Notes: a model not told the origin generated them from the sequence alone. A stretch of DNA of 64,000 nucleotides from Antedon mediterranea (GCF_964355755.1 NC_092676.1:17750871-17814870); one strand, 5' to 3'. Counted from the first letter of the stretch, positions 15,001 through 28,870 are shown. Program-made: numbers and translations.

Positions 15001-18000
15001 TATCATCAGTTTGAAATTAGAAAAGAAAATGAAATATTTCATAGCCAAAAGTTAAAATGTCCATATTCATTCAGTATATAGTAAAACCTACTTTAAATTT
15101 ATCTGTGTTTCCTTTTTCAAAGTTATCTGTGCGGTTTCGTAGTTTATATTCTTCAGTTTTTGCACCATCTTTACCATATAGACGGACAAACACATTGGAA
15201 TCTGTTCCTGCTCCACTAACTTCTCCTGTTAACACAGTTATTTCGTATGGAATCCCTAGATATTAACCAAGAACATCTTTTTATCTGATCCAGATAGAAT
15301 ATGGTTATACATTGGTATACACACAATGTTAACAGTATGTGAGATAATGACATTTTGGACAAAAAATGCTTATACTTGTACTTGGTACTTGGTGGTTGTT
15401 GGCTTGAATACTCCACAAGGAAGTCTTGGGGAGTGGCTTATTAATTGGACACTACTGTTTCAATTTATCTAGTGGCTTCAATAGCTTCTTAGGGCAGTTA
15501 GTTATTAGGATTATACTTACTAGGTTTAGACTTTTTAAAATCTGTTGGAGTGACCTCTATTTCAAGTTCACCATCCTCCTCATCTTCAGCTAACCAGCGA
15601 TGACATGCAAATGAGTAGGCCTCACCACGAGATGGAATGTCAACTTCAACACTGTCCAGGTACCACCCTGCACCAGGACCTGACCCATCATGTCCAATTT
15701 TCATATATTCAATCTGATTTTTAAAAAAAAACATTTTTTTATTATTGCTACAGTATAACAGAATTAGTAATGTGTTGTAATTTTTTTAATTAAGCAAAAT
15801 AAGTATGTGATTTAACTATTCTGCTAATCAATTTTAGCAGCATTGAAAATATTTCATAATAAAATATTTTGACATCTACATGGGAAACTGTTTTAAAATC
15901 GGAGATTACCTGTACACCTTAAACTGCTGGTAAACAGAATGGAGTTATATGTGGGTTTTGTCAAAATGTAACAAGCAGTACAACTTTCAAATTTTAAAAC
16001 CCACAAAATGTTTCAATTGACATTTCAAATAAATAACTTTTAATTGTTTAACTCCTTATAACAAATCACATAATTCATTTTGAAAAAGCTAGTCTTTAAT
16101 TTATCTAGTTTTATAGTAACTAGGTACCTTGCCAATGTCAACAGCTTCTAAAGTAAACTTGTCAGTTCTGCCTCGTTCAAATTTGTTTTTAGTGTTTTCT
16201 GCCTGCTTCAGAGGTAGTAATCCGGTATCACCATCTTTACCAAACAACTTAATGTGGACATTGGCATCAGTGCCAGCACCTCGCTCGTCACCTGTTTTCA
16301 CTGATACATGGTATGATGTTGCTACAAAAACAAAACAGACATTTTTAAATGTTAAACTTCTGCTTGATATGCAGATGTCCTTACCATTAGACTCATGGTA
16401 CTTTTATGGTAATTATTATGCATGCGTAACAGAGAGAGAAAAAATAATTAAAATATTTGAAAAAGGCATATTCATTTAAGTATTTCAAAGGTTACAAGAT
16501 CATTAGTTTTCTTACTTGATAATAATTGGGGTTTTCCTTCTGGAACAAGTTCTCTAACAATTTGTCCATCATCTTCATCACGATCAAGCCACCTACGACA
16601 AGTAAACCACACAAATCAGAAATACTGTATTAATACCTACTCCATATTTAATAGAATTGACTTTCAAAATAACTCCCTTAATGGGTATCATTTACAACTC
16701 AAAGAGATCTTTCCATTCCAATTATTTGTGACTTTTGCTTGTGTATAAGCCGCCTTTTGTTTTTTATTTTCTTTCTATATCAATCCTCATTTAGTTGCAT
16801 GCCTGATGAATTATATTATTATTCCTGATGTCTTTCCTCTAATTATTTGAAGTAAGTATTATACTATACTGGTGAATAGTAGATTTTTTGTTAACAATTT
16901 TATTGAAAGTGATGGAGATTGCCTTTTATCTGCTTATCTATTTATTCTGTTTTGTCAGACATCCATTTCTTTCTACTATTAAAACAAAATTCTTCTAAAA
17001 TACTGTACCTTCCACATGGGAAAACAACCTCTGATTGTGATCTACCCTCCTCTCTGACAATGACTTTTTCCAGGAACCAACCAGCTCCTGCGCCAGCGCC
17101 ATCATGACCAATACGTACACGAGACAATTGCTGAAGACTTACAGCTTCTAGTACAAACTCATCAATCTGAATACAAAATAAACAATTAATCAATCTTGAG
17201 ATTGTCTTTTATTTATTATATCTCCTTTTCTGTTCTCACTCTATAGAAATAACATACATCCATACTTTCTAGACAGTGTTGTCAAATGTCAAATACTGTT
17301 ACTGTTTATACAATGGCGTTTCTATTTGAAACATTGTTTCAATAACATTCCAAATAATATACACTTAAATTTAACTGTTTTTTTAAATCCTCTCTTGAGA
17401 AACATCCGTTGAAATACCAGATGATTGATGACCTCCACTACTTTTCAAAACTCTTTCTTCTGGCATTAAAATTATCTCTTCAATGTTTGTTAATAGCATT
17501 ACTAGACATAGACAAACCAATTAAACCAATTACAAATTATAGAAATATATTCAACTTACAGCCTTCCTTTCAAACTTGTTTCTGTTTGTTTTAGATTTCT
17601 TCATTGGCCTTTCACCAGTGTCTCCAAGCTCTCCAAAGATGTTGCAAAAGACATTTGCATCGGTCCCAGCACCAAACTTATCTCCTGTCACTATTTGAAC
17701 ATTGTACTTCAACACTGAAATAATTTCAAAATATTCATTTATTACCAAATAAGCATTGCATGACCAAATCTCTTCTCAACCAAACAACGAAGTCTTCTAA
17801 GATAAGGACTTAAAACTTGAGGTTCAAGTTTTGCACCTTAAGAACCCAGTGCATCTTTCGAAAGAGTAAGAGGTTTCCATCTGACAAATGAGCACCATTT
17901 GGTGGCAGATCAAAACGAAGGGACACTTAGGGGAGTTGTATGTGACATCATCTTATAGTTACATATGATTTAGAGCCATCCAGGTCCTTACATTTCAGAG

Positions 18001-21000
18001 GTTTCTTGATACCATCACCTTCTGCTGGTATCTCTCGGATGATCTCTCCATCATCTTCACTGGTTGCTAGCCACCTCTGGCAGTTAAACGTGTATTTCTT
18101 TCTTGTGGCAACCTGTTCAACAACCACCTGTGAACAAATAGGGGTTTTTTAAATAATTGGTTTCTTAAAGGAAACTAAAATAATACACAAAAATATAATA
18201 GAAAAAATCTGCTGTTGTTTGTTGTACACACTGTAATGTTCAGTTAGATGATAGATATGCAGATCACCTTGTAAACTCTTTACAAAATTACACAAAATAT
18301 CTGTTTACACTGTTACCTTATCCAGATGCCAGCCAGGGCCTAAGCCAGAATTATCATGCCATATTCTCATCTTATACAGCTTCCCTACATCTGCTGCCTC
18401 AATTTTAAAGTTATCTTCATCCCCTTTTTCAAATACATCACTTTTTGTTTTGAGTTCAATATCATCTGTTTTGCCCTGACTTCCATACAAGCACATCGAC
18501 ACGTTAGCATCAGTACCCGAATTTGCAATGTCACTTGTAAAAACTGTGACATTCCAAGCAAGCTCTAAAAAATAATACAGGAAAGAAATGCATATTTAAA
18601 GTAAAAAAAGAGTATATAACATAACAAGAAAGAAAGAAAACAACACTGATTCTGAATTTTTAGCCAAAAAAATCATTTATTTCTCTATGGTACTACACTT
18701 TACTTTAACTAAGCAAGTGTGAAAGAAAGAAAGAACCAATGAGCTTACTTTTCTTCTTTGTTTTTCTCATTGATTTATTTTCATAGAGCGTTCTCTCAAT
18801 AACATTGTCATCTTCATCGTCTGCAAGCCATTTGTCACATATAAATGTCTGCTCTATTGCACTCGATGGACAGCTGACCACAACCTATATTAAATGTAAA
18901 AATGTAAATGTAATTATTATTGTCCTCAAGCAAGGCCCTCTACAGACCTAAAGTTGCCAGCACCTGCCCAAATCAGCACAAGGGAATGTATCAAGTTCTT
19001 TAATTAAAACTTAATTTCTTTATAAATATAAACAGTTGATAATAGCAGTTCACAGACCCAGTCTCGGCTATGCACAAAAATATGTCAGCACTGCCATGGT
19101 ATTGTTACTTTTTAGTGTGGTGTGCAGTCATATAGTTTAACATGTTATGGCAATTGGGTTTCTCAGCACTTGTGGTAAAGAAATACTGCATTACAAAATA
19201 TGAAAATGATTTGTCTACAATCACTCACCCTGTCCAAAAACCAGCCTGCCCCACTACCACAGTTATCATGGCCGATATCAATCCGACTGAGTGGACTAAG
19301 AGCATTTCCAATCTCCAAATCACAAACATCTGTTCTTCCCTTTTCAAACTTGCCATCAAGGTTAATCTTACCACTAGTTTCTTCTCCATTTTCACCCCCA
19401 TACATAACAATGTAAACACCTGCACTGGTACCAGCATGACGTTTGTCTCCAGTTGTAACTCTTACTTCATATGGGGTTCCTAAAGGAATTTAAATAGAGC
19501 ATTTTCAATACATTCATACAATTTTATTTGGAAAAAGAAAGCACAGCTCTATAATATAATATAATTAAAATAAATAAACCAAATAAATTAACCGAAAAAT
19601 AAAGTATACACTTTTTGTTTAAAGGTTTGAATGTTGAAGAAATATAACCAAATGTTTAGTATAAATAAAATTCATTCCAATAAAGAAGGTTCAAAGATCT
19701 TCATCATAGCTATCTAGGTAGGTGCACAGTTGCAAACACATAGTTTGGGGAGATTACAGGGCCTAAAAATATACTGCTAAACTTTAACATAATGTCCTAT
19801 ACATACTTGATTAAGGAATGAAAGCCAGATATCAACAAAAGAGTTATTAAACGCTACTACCAACCTCTAGATCCATTGCCACTGCCCTCACAGTAAAGCT
19901 CTCTAGATATTTTTCCATCATCCTCATCTTTTGCAAACCATCGATTACAGGGAAATTTATATGTTTTATTTAGAGATGTATCGTCTACTATAATCTGGAA
20001 AAAATAAATTCAGCTTGTGTTTATTGAAGTTTAAAAAATGGTTTTTACTTATTTATATTGGAGCCCCTTTGCATTCACATGGTAAGTAGCTGCTGTGGAA
20101 TTCCCGATAGAGGACTGTGGCTTTATTTTTTTTTTAATGTGACCATTTTACCAATAAATAATAATAATAAACTAATAAAGTAATTTACTTTATCAAGAAA
20201 CCATGCAGCTCCAAAACCTGAGTTGTCATGTCCTATCCTCAGTTTATCAAGGGCTCCAAGACCTGCACATTCTAACACAAAAATGTCCTCACTGAAAAGA
20301 AGTAAACACTTGATAAATGCAACATTATAGATTTTGTAGGTATAGACATTGTACTGTACACTGATGAATTCAAATAAAATTGTGATGATAATAATTGTTA
20401 GCCTCAGGATTTCACCTTCAAATCAACAGAAAACAAAGTTCCATGATTCTAAAGGACTTTATACATCCCCATATAGCATGACATAAACTTGTGTATAAAA
20501 TGTAATGAATCAGAAGATTTCATGTAATTGAAATATAAGTATCAGTAGTTAATTTTAGTCCTTGTATACCTTCCTTTTTCAAAGTTATTTTTTGATGTAT
20601 TTAGTTTGTGTTCCCCTGAATCTCCACCTTCACCGAACAGTGTTAAATAAACATTAGCATCTGTGCCTGCTTTGCGCTTGTTCCCAGTAAACACATGAAC
20701 CATATATTTTTGTGCTGAAAATTAAATTTAACATTGAGGTAAAAGACAGCATATAGTTAGTGATGAATAAATTAACAATTTTCTTATAAAAGAAAGCAAT
20801 AGCTATAAATAAAGCTTTCTTTCATTTTGAAAATAAATGCAAACTTTACATTTTCTAATAGCAAGAGGGTCTTTGCTGCCTAGTAAATCTCTTGATATGA
20901 GTTTGTCGCCCTCATCACGAGCCAGCCACATGCTGCATGGGAAGTAGTATTTGGATTTCTTTGGATTCTTCAAATCGGTAACGACAACACGTTCTAGAAA

Positions 21001-24000
21001 CCAGCCTGCGGCGAATCCAGTGTTATCATGTTCTATTCTTTAAAAAGAAAATAAAAATGTATCAGATATTCTTTGTTGATTCTTTGTTGTATATGAAAAA
21101 AAATAAGTAAAAGTCATTTACAATTACTTATCTTCAGTAAATAAATAATAGTTACCTAATTTTTTTCAGAGGTCCTACAGCTTCACATTTATGTGTAAAT
21201 ATATCACTCTTCCCACGTTCAAACATTTTTCCATGCCCTTTCAGCTGAAATTTGCTGCACGACCTGCGGGCACCAAAAAGTGTTATATACACATTGGCAT
21301 CGGTTCCAGCACCTGCAACATCCCCTGTGATAACTACAATCTCATATTCTGCATTTTAAAAAGAAATTAGATGTATTTCAATTACTTTCTATACTTAACT
21401 TTATTTTTTGGAAAACATTTTCTATACAATAAATACAATACATCAATATTAAAATATCTGTTTCTTTAGGTTAGAAGTTGGGTTGTGCTTGAGATGTAGG
21501 CCTACAGTAGGGCCTACAGTAGGGCCTATTTTGACCCTTTAAAGAACCAGTATATTTTAATTATTCCTTGGTCTATTATTATAATATAATTGTTATTTAC
21601 TGGAGAAACTTTTCATTTTGTCTCTTTAATTCAATTAAACTGGTTATTTGCAACTAAAATGAAAACAAAAATGCTGACTAGTTTTTGTTGAAAACAAAGA
21701 AAAGCCATCAAATTACAGCAAATCAATATGTCATACATGCATGTTAATCAAATTAAGTGCGACCAAGTACACTGAAGCAATTTCAGAAAACTGTCAACAA
21801 GTGTTCCTTTGCATTATGTAAAATGATGATTTTAATTTGTTTCAGATTTTAGTAACTATATGAGGCATACAGTACTCTGCAATAAACATTAGAGAGGATT
21901 CGCAATCTTACGAATACGATAACGAAAACGGATACGTCACGCACACGCATTCATTTTCGACAACGAAATATTGAGGGTGCCGTCCAAAATATGACTGCGG
22001 TAAATTTGAGCGAAGCGCAGGTACGTGTTGCTTGGCTGCCTAGGCCTAGCGTAACATCTAAGCGTGTGAGGACTGCTATTTATCAAAATTTACCTGGCAT
22101 TTTAGTAAATTACTTTTGTAAATTACTTTCAATAAATCTATAATTATATTATAATCATGAATCATTCCTGATTCAAATGCAAAATGTGGAAAAAAGATCA
22201 AAAACTATACTCGTTTTGTAGTTACGACTGGTGATATTTGTCAACACGAATACGCTTTACGAATATGAAATGGGGATCAGCTCAAAAGTTTCACAAATGT
22301 GTGACGTATCCGTTTTCGTTATCGTATTTGTAAGGTTGCAAAACCTCCTTAATGTGTACCATTAGCCCAAAAAGATTGCTAAATAATTGTATAAACAGGT
22401 TAAAGAGTAAACAAAATAATAGTTACTGCATTAACTGCAGTAGAATAGTTGTTCATGGTCCCTAACCAGCATACAGTACTTACGGGTTTTTCCATATTTT
22501 TTTGCATCCACAGGTCTTAAATTCCGCGATATTTGACAGTCATTGTGGAATAAAGAAAGCCATTGACTACAGAAGAATAGCCATGATTTCTTTGTATGTA
22601 AATTTGTAACTTTCACCTCATCAACAAACCAGCTATCTTTTTTCTCCAAGCCATCATGCTAAAAGAATTGACATACAATTGATTCACATTTCATTTGCTG
22701 TGTATTAAAAATTACTATTGCACGCCATGTGACCTACAATCGTCCAATCAAATTACAGGAATTTATTTAGGTAATGTAATTTACAGTAATGCATGATGGT
22801 TTTCAAATGTCATTTATTTCTTTCTCTGCCAATAGTAGACTAAAATTCCAACATACAATCTGTCACAGGCTGAGTTGTTCACACAAAATGCGTATAATAA
22901 TAATAATACAAGTGGTCTGCTAATCTATTCATTTGTATTCATCTTTAATAAGTTTGCAAACTTCAGAATAATAATATTAATAATAGCACAATAACAACAC
23001 AATATACCTCAAAATGAAAATTCAAATATTAGGAAACACACTATTATGATATAAAATTTACCTCTATTGTGAGAGATTTCAATTCTCCAACTTCTGGTCC
23101 TTTGAGGTTAAAAATCTTAGCAGAGTTCCTATTGAACTTGCAATGGACAAGACCTGAGTTGGTTTTTGTTTGTTTCTTGGTTAACTTTTTCTTTTGGAAT
23201 TTCCCTTTGTCACCTTTCATGGAGATGAAAACCTAAAACGTGTAAAAGTAATAAGATATTATAGTGATATTAAAGTTCACTATAATATCTCTATAGTAAA
23301 AACAGATTGATTATTATTTTCGAGAATGTAAAGTAAATAATACTAATGAGCCTATTTTACACTACCATACTCAATTTGTGCTACCCTTTTATTTTCCACT
23401 ACAAAAGCGAATATCTGCGATTTCCATCGCATGTTTGCCGAGCTTCTTGATTTGTGCTCATGAATGTGTGATAACTCATTTCCTGAACTTTGATTGGTTG
23501 CATAATTTGTAAACTACTAAAAATTGGAGGCCGTTTCTCATAAACTTACATTTGCTGATGTTCCACAACCTTTTTTATCTCCTGTCTTTACTTCAATTTT
23601 GTAAACTGTTTCACCATTCTTTGCGCTGCCTGGACGGTGTGGACGAAACCCATTAGATGTCTTAGCACTTAATGCTCTTCGTTTCTAAAAAATAATAAAA
23701 TTAAGATATTAGTATCAACTAAAGCAATAAAATGTACACTTTTATGGTGATAGTGAACAGTACATTCTCTATTTATTTATTTATTCAACCATGTTTCAAG
23801 AGGTTGACCCAGCCAACGGAAGCTGATTTTAAGGGGCCCTCAACAATACGACATAAAACATAACAAGTAAAAATATAATACAATGTTTGGTTAAACAAAT
23901 ATAAAGAAAAATTTTAACATATTTTTGCATTCTTTTAGTCTTTTGGTTTGTATATTTTCACCTGTAGGATTAAGTAATAAGTTTCAAATTCAGAAACAGT

Positions 24001-27000
24001 AAGATAAGACGTATCTAATTAAAAATACTAAATGTCATATTTTAATTTATTAATCCAATAGCTCCTAATTGCTCTTGTTTGATTGCTTTATATTCTCTTC
24101 TGGTGAAGGGGTAGTTTTGCCCAAAACCTCTGAATTTTTTACTGGCCGTTTTACTTTGTTTTGATTTAGATTTTTTTTTTGTTATCTCCATTGAGATCCA
24201 GCCACTGATACCCACATTATTGTAATTTTTCCAGTAAATTTGCCTTTGGATTTAATTAATATAAATAAATATATAGTTCTGATTATTTTATTAATCGGGG
24301 AAAAAAGATAAGATTTAAAACATCATTTTATATGAGTAAAATCAAATTGCAAAGCTAACTGCTTTACATAATAATGTAAGTGTAAACATAATACACACTG
24401 CCAGTTTATAAGGCTATAAATCAAATAACCATGCTTATATTAGAAATCCATTATATTGAAAGCATTTTATGAGACTGAAGTCAGTAGATAATATCCTGCG
24501 ACATTGACATACCACCTGATGATATTCTGAACAGCAGTTTAATCAATATTAATATACATGTGCTCACTTTACAGAAAAATGATCAGCAAAGATAAAAAGT
24601 ATTATTTATTAATTATAATTTAAAATGTTGTTGTAACAAGCATAACCTTGAAGACAGTCTTCATCAATTGTCAATACATATATAATATCTTCTATCTTGA
24701 TTGCATTGTTATTGTTGTATTATTTTATTCCCATCAGTTGTATTATTGTATCGTATTTGAGTGGGTGTAGAAACATAAACTCACTCTGTAGTTATTATTC
24801 ATTGGTGACCAAATAACATATCATTATTTTATGATTGTCTTTTAACATAAATAAAAAATATTATAATTAGTATGATTCTATACAGCCATTTATGTCTTAC
24901 TTTCTACCACAGAGGTATGGAATTATAGATATTCATATAAAGGATAACTCTGTGTTTTATAATACCAGTTCTATTCATTATTACTGTATATAAAACATAA
25001 ATAGGGAGGTTTCGCAACTTTACGAATACGATAACGAGATACGTCATACATTTGTGAAACTTTTGAGCTAATCCCCATTTCATATTCGTAAAGCGTATTC
25101 GTGTTGACGAATATCACCAGTCATATTCGTAACTACAAAACGAGTATAGTTTTTGATCTATTTTGCACATTTTGCATTTGAATTAGGAATGATTCATGAT
25201 TATAATATAATTATAGATTTATTGAAAGTAATTTACTAAAGTAATTTACTAAAATGCCAGGTCAATTTAGATAAATAGCAGTTTTTATAGTCCTCACTCG
25301 CTTTGATGTTACGCTAGGCCTAGGCAGCCAAGCACCAAGCAACACGTACCTGCGCTTCGCTCAAATTTACCGCAGTCATATTTTGGACGCGCCTCAATAT
25401 TTTGTTGCCATGCGAAACAGATTTTGTTATGGCTTTCGAAAACGAATACGTGTGCGTGACGTATCCGTTTTCGTTATCGTATTCGTAAGATTGCGAACCT
25501 CTCTAATGTCTGCATCTTTGACAACTAAGTCAAATCAATCAAAACATTTATTTACTTCTTACTTATATTAATAATTTAGTGGTTCTATTTTCATAATGTT
25601 ATTAGATAGAAATTTAGTTAATTTTAATCATTGACCGAATTACTATAAAATTTGTTTTTTCTAAAGATATATTGTCCCCTTTTTTATTCACTTTGATCAC
25701 AAATTGGATTGTAAAAAAAACTATTTACCTTAACAAACTATAATTTGAAGTAAAAATAGTCAAATTGGTTTGAAGTCAATGAGTTTTTGGTTGAATTTAA
25801 CTGTTTATTTTGTCTTTATTAATATAAGTGAAAACATGCTTCGGATTATAACTTTAATAGTAAAACTGTGAAATGGCCTATTCAAAGTCATTTTATTGAT
25901 CTTCATGTTCATTTTGTTAAATTTGGTAATGAATGAAAGACAAAAGATAACTTACTGCTATTGCGGATGGAGGTCTTAATTCTAGGCCAAACTTTCTTGC
26001 ATAATAGTCTGTTAAATGAGGATCACTTAGAGATGAGTAAGATGGAAGATATACTTTCTTGCCATTCTCCATTCGTGGATATGACATCATACGCAATTGA
26101 GTTTCTCGATTGATCACTTCATACTGACGACCTGAAAAATAAAGAATGATAATTCACTAAAAAAAGAGTTTGGTAAAGAAAACATATTTAATTGTTTGTA
26201 CTCAGAAACATAAAACATCATCTTTATTATAAACAATTTGCTGTTCATTAAATATAGCCTCCAATCTTCTTTAATATCCAGAAAATAATAATTCGATGAA
26301 GACTAATCACATATATAGTAAATTACATACTAATGACTTTTATATTAAAAGATAGTTTATAGACATTATTTTAATTACAGCAAACATTAAATAAGATTAC
26401 TTGCCATAGTATATTGTACACTAATTTGCTAAATTGTTCTGTTGTGAATTTAATATTATAATTTAATCATTCACTGACAGACACTTACATCATACAGGTT
26501 AAAATAATGAACGTTTATTAGTTGAAAGATTCAGTATTTATAGCACAGTTGGCTTTCAACTAGCGTCTAAGGCATTAAAAAAGGCAGTGCTCAGATTTTG
26601 GCTCAGTTTTCAAGAGTGTTATGTTTATTTGTTAAGCATGTACAGTAATAGAATAATTCATTTTACTTGATATCATTAGGAGAATGTTAAAATTTTAAGG
26701 GATACTAAATATTTAGTGAATGTAGCCACATGATTTAATAAAACAAACAAACAAATAAACCTTATATAAGAATCAACACTGTTATTTTAATAATAATGTA
26801 TTCATTTATAAGTGTAAATTCCATATACCGATACAGTATATACTTGCTATTTAAATATGTTAGGTATGTTAAAATTTAAAAAAACATTTGGCTCAATAAT
26901 TGTCTTGTTTATTGTCTAGTATAAACATTCTGGATCTGCATTAAACCAATAAAAGAGATGCAATGAGCATCAAACACGTAATTTACCTGCATGATGCTTT

Positions 27001-27500
27001 GGCCGATATGCATATCTAGAGTCGATACTTTGTTGCTGTAGAAACGCTTGATTGCTTAATGACATATGATCTGATGAGGAATCTCTCCATCTATCAGCTG
27101 CAATTTGTTTTCTTATTGGTGCTATGATTCAAGAATAAAGCATAATTTTTACATAAAATCAAATTATGATGTTTACAATGTCAGGATATATTACATTCAT
27201 AACTCCAATAAAGAGGTAATAAAAACATGATATTGATAATTCAATTTCTATCATATTGTAGATCTCTAAAATTCAATTTCAGATCTAGAGAAAATTCCCT
27301 CATTTCCTACATTCAGAAAGGTTGAATAGACTCTTTACTGTTAATAGGTTCAGTTTAAACATACCTGAGAATGGGCGTGGCTTTCCTACAGCATATGGTG
27401 GGCGTGGTTCCATTGTATGTACATGCTGTGGGGCATAACTAGATGTCATGCTTAAACAATCCTGAACAGCCTCTGAGTTTGTATATGGTCCCCACATCAT
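1..27500 (-). CDS. LOXHD1: Lipoxygenase homology domain-containing protein 1-like (multi-PLAT/LH2 repeat protein); 3' end continues beyond the left edge
   Basis: Repeated PLAT signatures ([21 protein letters not shown]..., IGHDxxGxGAGWFLDKV, FxCxRWLAxDEDDGxIxREL) spread over GT-AG exons. Hand-called exons: 27365-27500, 26987-27121, 25956-26131, 23550-23684, 23062-23232, 22484-22658, 21156-21348, 20850-21037, 20570-20714, 20189-20291, 19865-19994, 19229-19479, 18749-18884, 18317-18564, 17992-18127, 17560-17714, 17009-17166, 16516-16592, 16128-16321, 15521-15713, 15092-15255, 14750-14836, 14094-14511, 13740-13894, 13359-13492, 12826-12980, 12441-12545, 9047-9155, 8587-8771, 8246-8424, 7809-7925, 7161-7320, 6661-6815, 6139-6345, 5545-5680, 5065-5273, 4402-4585, 3847-4007, 2594-2680, 2000-2132, 1602-1829, 840-1013, 591-729, 1-169. 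Phases were consistent wherever checked. Confidence 0.93.
2765..3626. repeat. Intronic minisatellite of interspersed 24-bp and 29-bp units
   Basis: Core TCATTTGACTCTGGGATTGATA followed by either GA (24 bp) or CTGTAGG (29 bp); roughly 30 units with no unique spacers. Confidence 0.97.
6390..6510. mobile_element. Degenerate short MITE-like repeat (related copy at ~13590-13672)
   Basis: Ends in TAGTGGGAACCAAGCTT; the reverse complement GCTTGGTTCCCACTA begins the copy at ~13592, and the copies share internal similarity. Confidence 0.4.
9700..10220 (-). pseudogene. Degenerate Academ-type transposase C-terminal fragment (XPG/PIN-like and H3TH motifs)
   Basis: Manual translation across frameshifts gives LYVLDGGAL ... 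[23 protein letters not shown] ... [33 protein letters not shown] ... [15 protein letters not shown] ... [10 protein letters not shown]. Confidence 0.8.
10240..11085 (+). pseudogene. Second, inverted degenerate Academ-type transposase fragment including the Cys-rich C-terminus
   Basis: Manual translation gives [10 protein letters not shown] ... SYTFPAALF ... VFNGYNYGP ... [10 protein letters not shown] ... [19 protein letters not shown] ... [34 protein letters not shown] ... ECHGISTC, with stops and deletions. Confidence 0.78.
11127..11520. mobile_element. Tc1/mariner-pogo-like MITE inserted in the Academ-like element
   Basis: TA|CCGCATTTATTTGAATAAATGC ... GCGTTTATCCGAATAAATACGG|TA: an imperfect ~22-bp TIR with TA flanks. 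Confidence 0.7.
21890..22351. mobile_element. MITE (PIF/Harbinger-ISL2EU-like ends), copy 1
   Basis: ~45-bp TIR GAGAGGATTCGCAATCTTACGAATACGATAACGAAAACGGATACGTCAC with its inverse at the right end; TA/TWA flanks; a homologous copy lies at 25002-25505. Confidence 0.85.
25002..25505. mobile_element. MITE, copy 2, inverted relative to copy 1
   Basis: Same TIRs, and the internal sequence is the reverse complement of 21890-22351 (e.g. CACGTACCTGCGCTTCGCTCAAATTTACCGCAGTCATATTTTGG). Confidence 0.85.
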
Positions 27501-28466
27501 CTTATGTTTTACGGTACCTCATCAATTCTAATTATATAATAAATTACTGTTTAGTTGGTTCAGTATAATAAAACAAAGATTTTACCCCAATTTTATGTAT
27601 TTCTGTACAGCTCTGGCCTCTATAAAATAGGAGAGGAGGGTTGGGTGTGTGGGGTGGGGGTGTTATCCTCTTTAGGGAGAAAGCACACATGCATAACCTT
27701 CATCAATAACTGTTAAACAACAGTGTATTTGTATTTTATTTTGTTTAAACACCAAGGATATTGAAAAGAAAAATACAAAATTTGGTATTTTATCTGAATA
27801 TATTTATTATTTAATTTACAAACAATAAAGATGGGGAAATCTGTGATAAAATTGTTTCTAAATTAATCAATTAGTTATTCAGTAATATCACGGGGCGATT
27901 TAGAGATTATTCTGTGCCTTTTAATTTATTTAGCTATATTTATATCTTTATCATAAAGAATAAATTAATTTCAAATATGAGACATTCAGTGAAAAAAACA
28001 GATCTTACTGTGACAAGCGATAATAACACACAGCCATTCCTTATTGTTTTCTTATATATTTCAACATTGAATACATTAGTTACATTAGTTGATGTAATCC
28101 AATTAGTAACTGCTACTCCAAACAAATTACATATTTTGTCCTACTGTCCTATTTACAGCGCTGTGTTTTGAATAATTTAATTATTGTATTTTCTTGATAT
28201 TTATTTCTTAACTTAACACCTACTGTATATTACCAATCCAAACATATTAAAAACAGTTTGAGTAAATAAAATTATGTATGTATGCATGGAGTTACTCCAT
28301 GATGTATGTAATAATTTTACCAATGGATCTATAGCTTGAAATAAAGAATCCTGTTTAAATACTAAAAAGATTCAAGAGAATCTATTTGTTCTTCTATATT
28401 TTCAAAATGCCAATCATTCTACTTATCCACAATTAAATGATATTTTCTCAAGCATAAACTGTTTTT

Positions 28467-28487
28467 GTGTCATGGTAACTTAGCAAC
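28467..28487. promoter_or_regulatory. Overlapping RFX X-box-like motifs upstream of LOXHD1
   Basis: GTGTCATGGTAAC and GGTAACTTAGCAAC resemble GTTRCYATRGYAAC and lie ~1 kb upstream of the ATG. Confidence 0.35.
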
Positions 28488-28589
28488 AAAGTCTACAATG
28501 AAAAGAATCAGTGAGCTGTTATTAATTCCATAATATTTCATAACTCTGACCGTGCATATCAAATATACAATAGAAGTATCTATTAAATA

Positions 28590-28870
28590 ACTGGCCAATT
28601 ATCAAGTTTTACTTCTGTATTTAAATTTTATTATGCGTTCAAGTACCTCCATGGTTGATGTCTTTGAAATTAAGAACACTTTACTGTAGATGGCATAATC
28701 TGTAAATTATGTGGAAATGGAGAAGTTGAAGACAATAAATATTATTTCTTAAATTGTAACATTTCATAGGAAAATGGAAGACCTAACAAATTCTACAAAA
28801 TGAATTTAAATACACAAAAATTAAATATTCTTTATACATTACCAGAATATATGCTGATAATAAATTAAGT
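28590..28870 (+). mobile_element. Degenerate LINE ORF2 C-terminal remnant
   Basis: Translates to ICKLCGNGEVEDNKYYFLNC, resembling the CxxC..E...H...C knuckle at the end of non-LTR ORF2. Confidence 0.45.
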
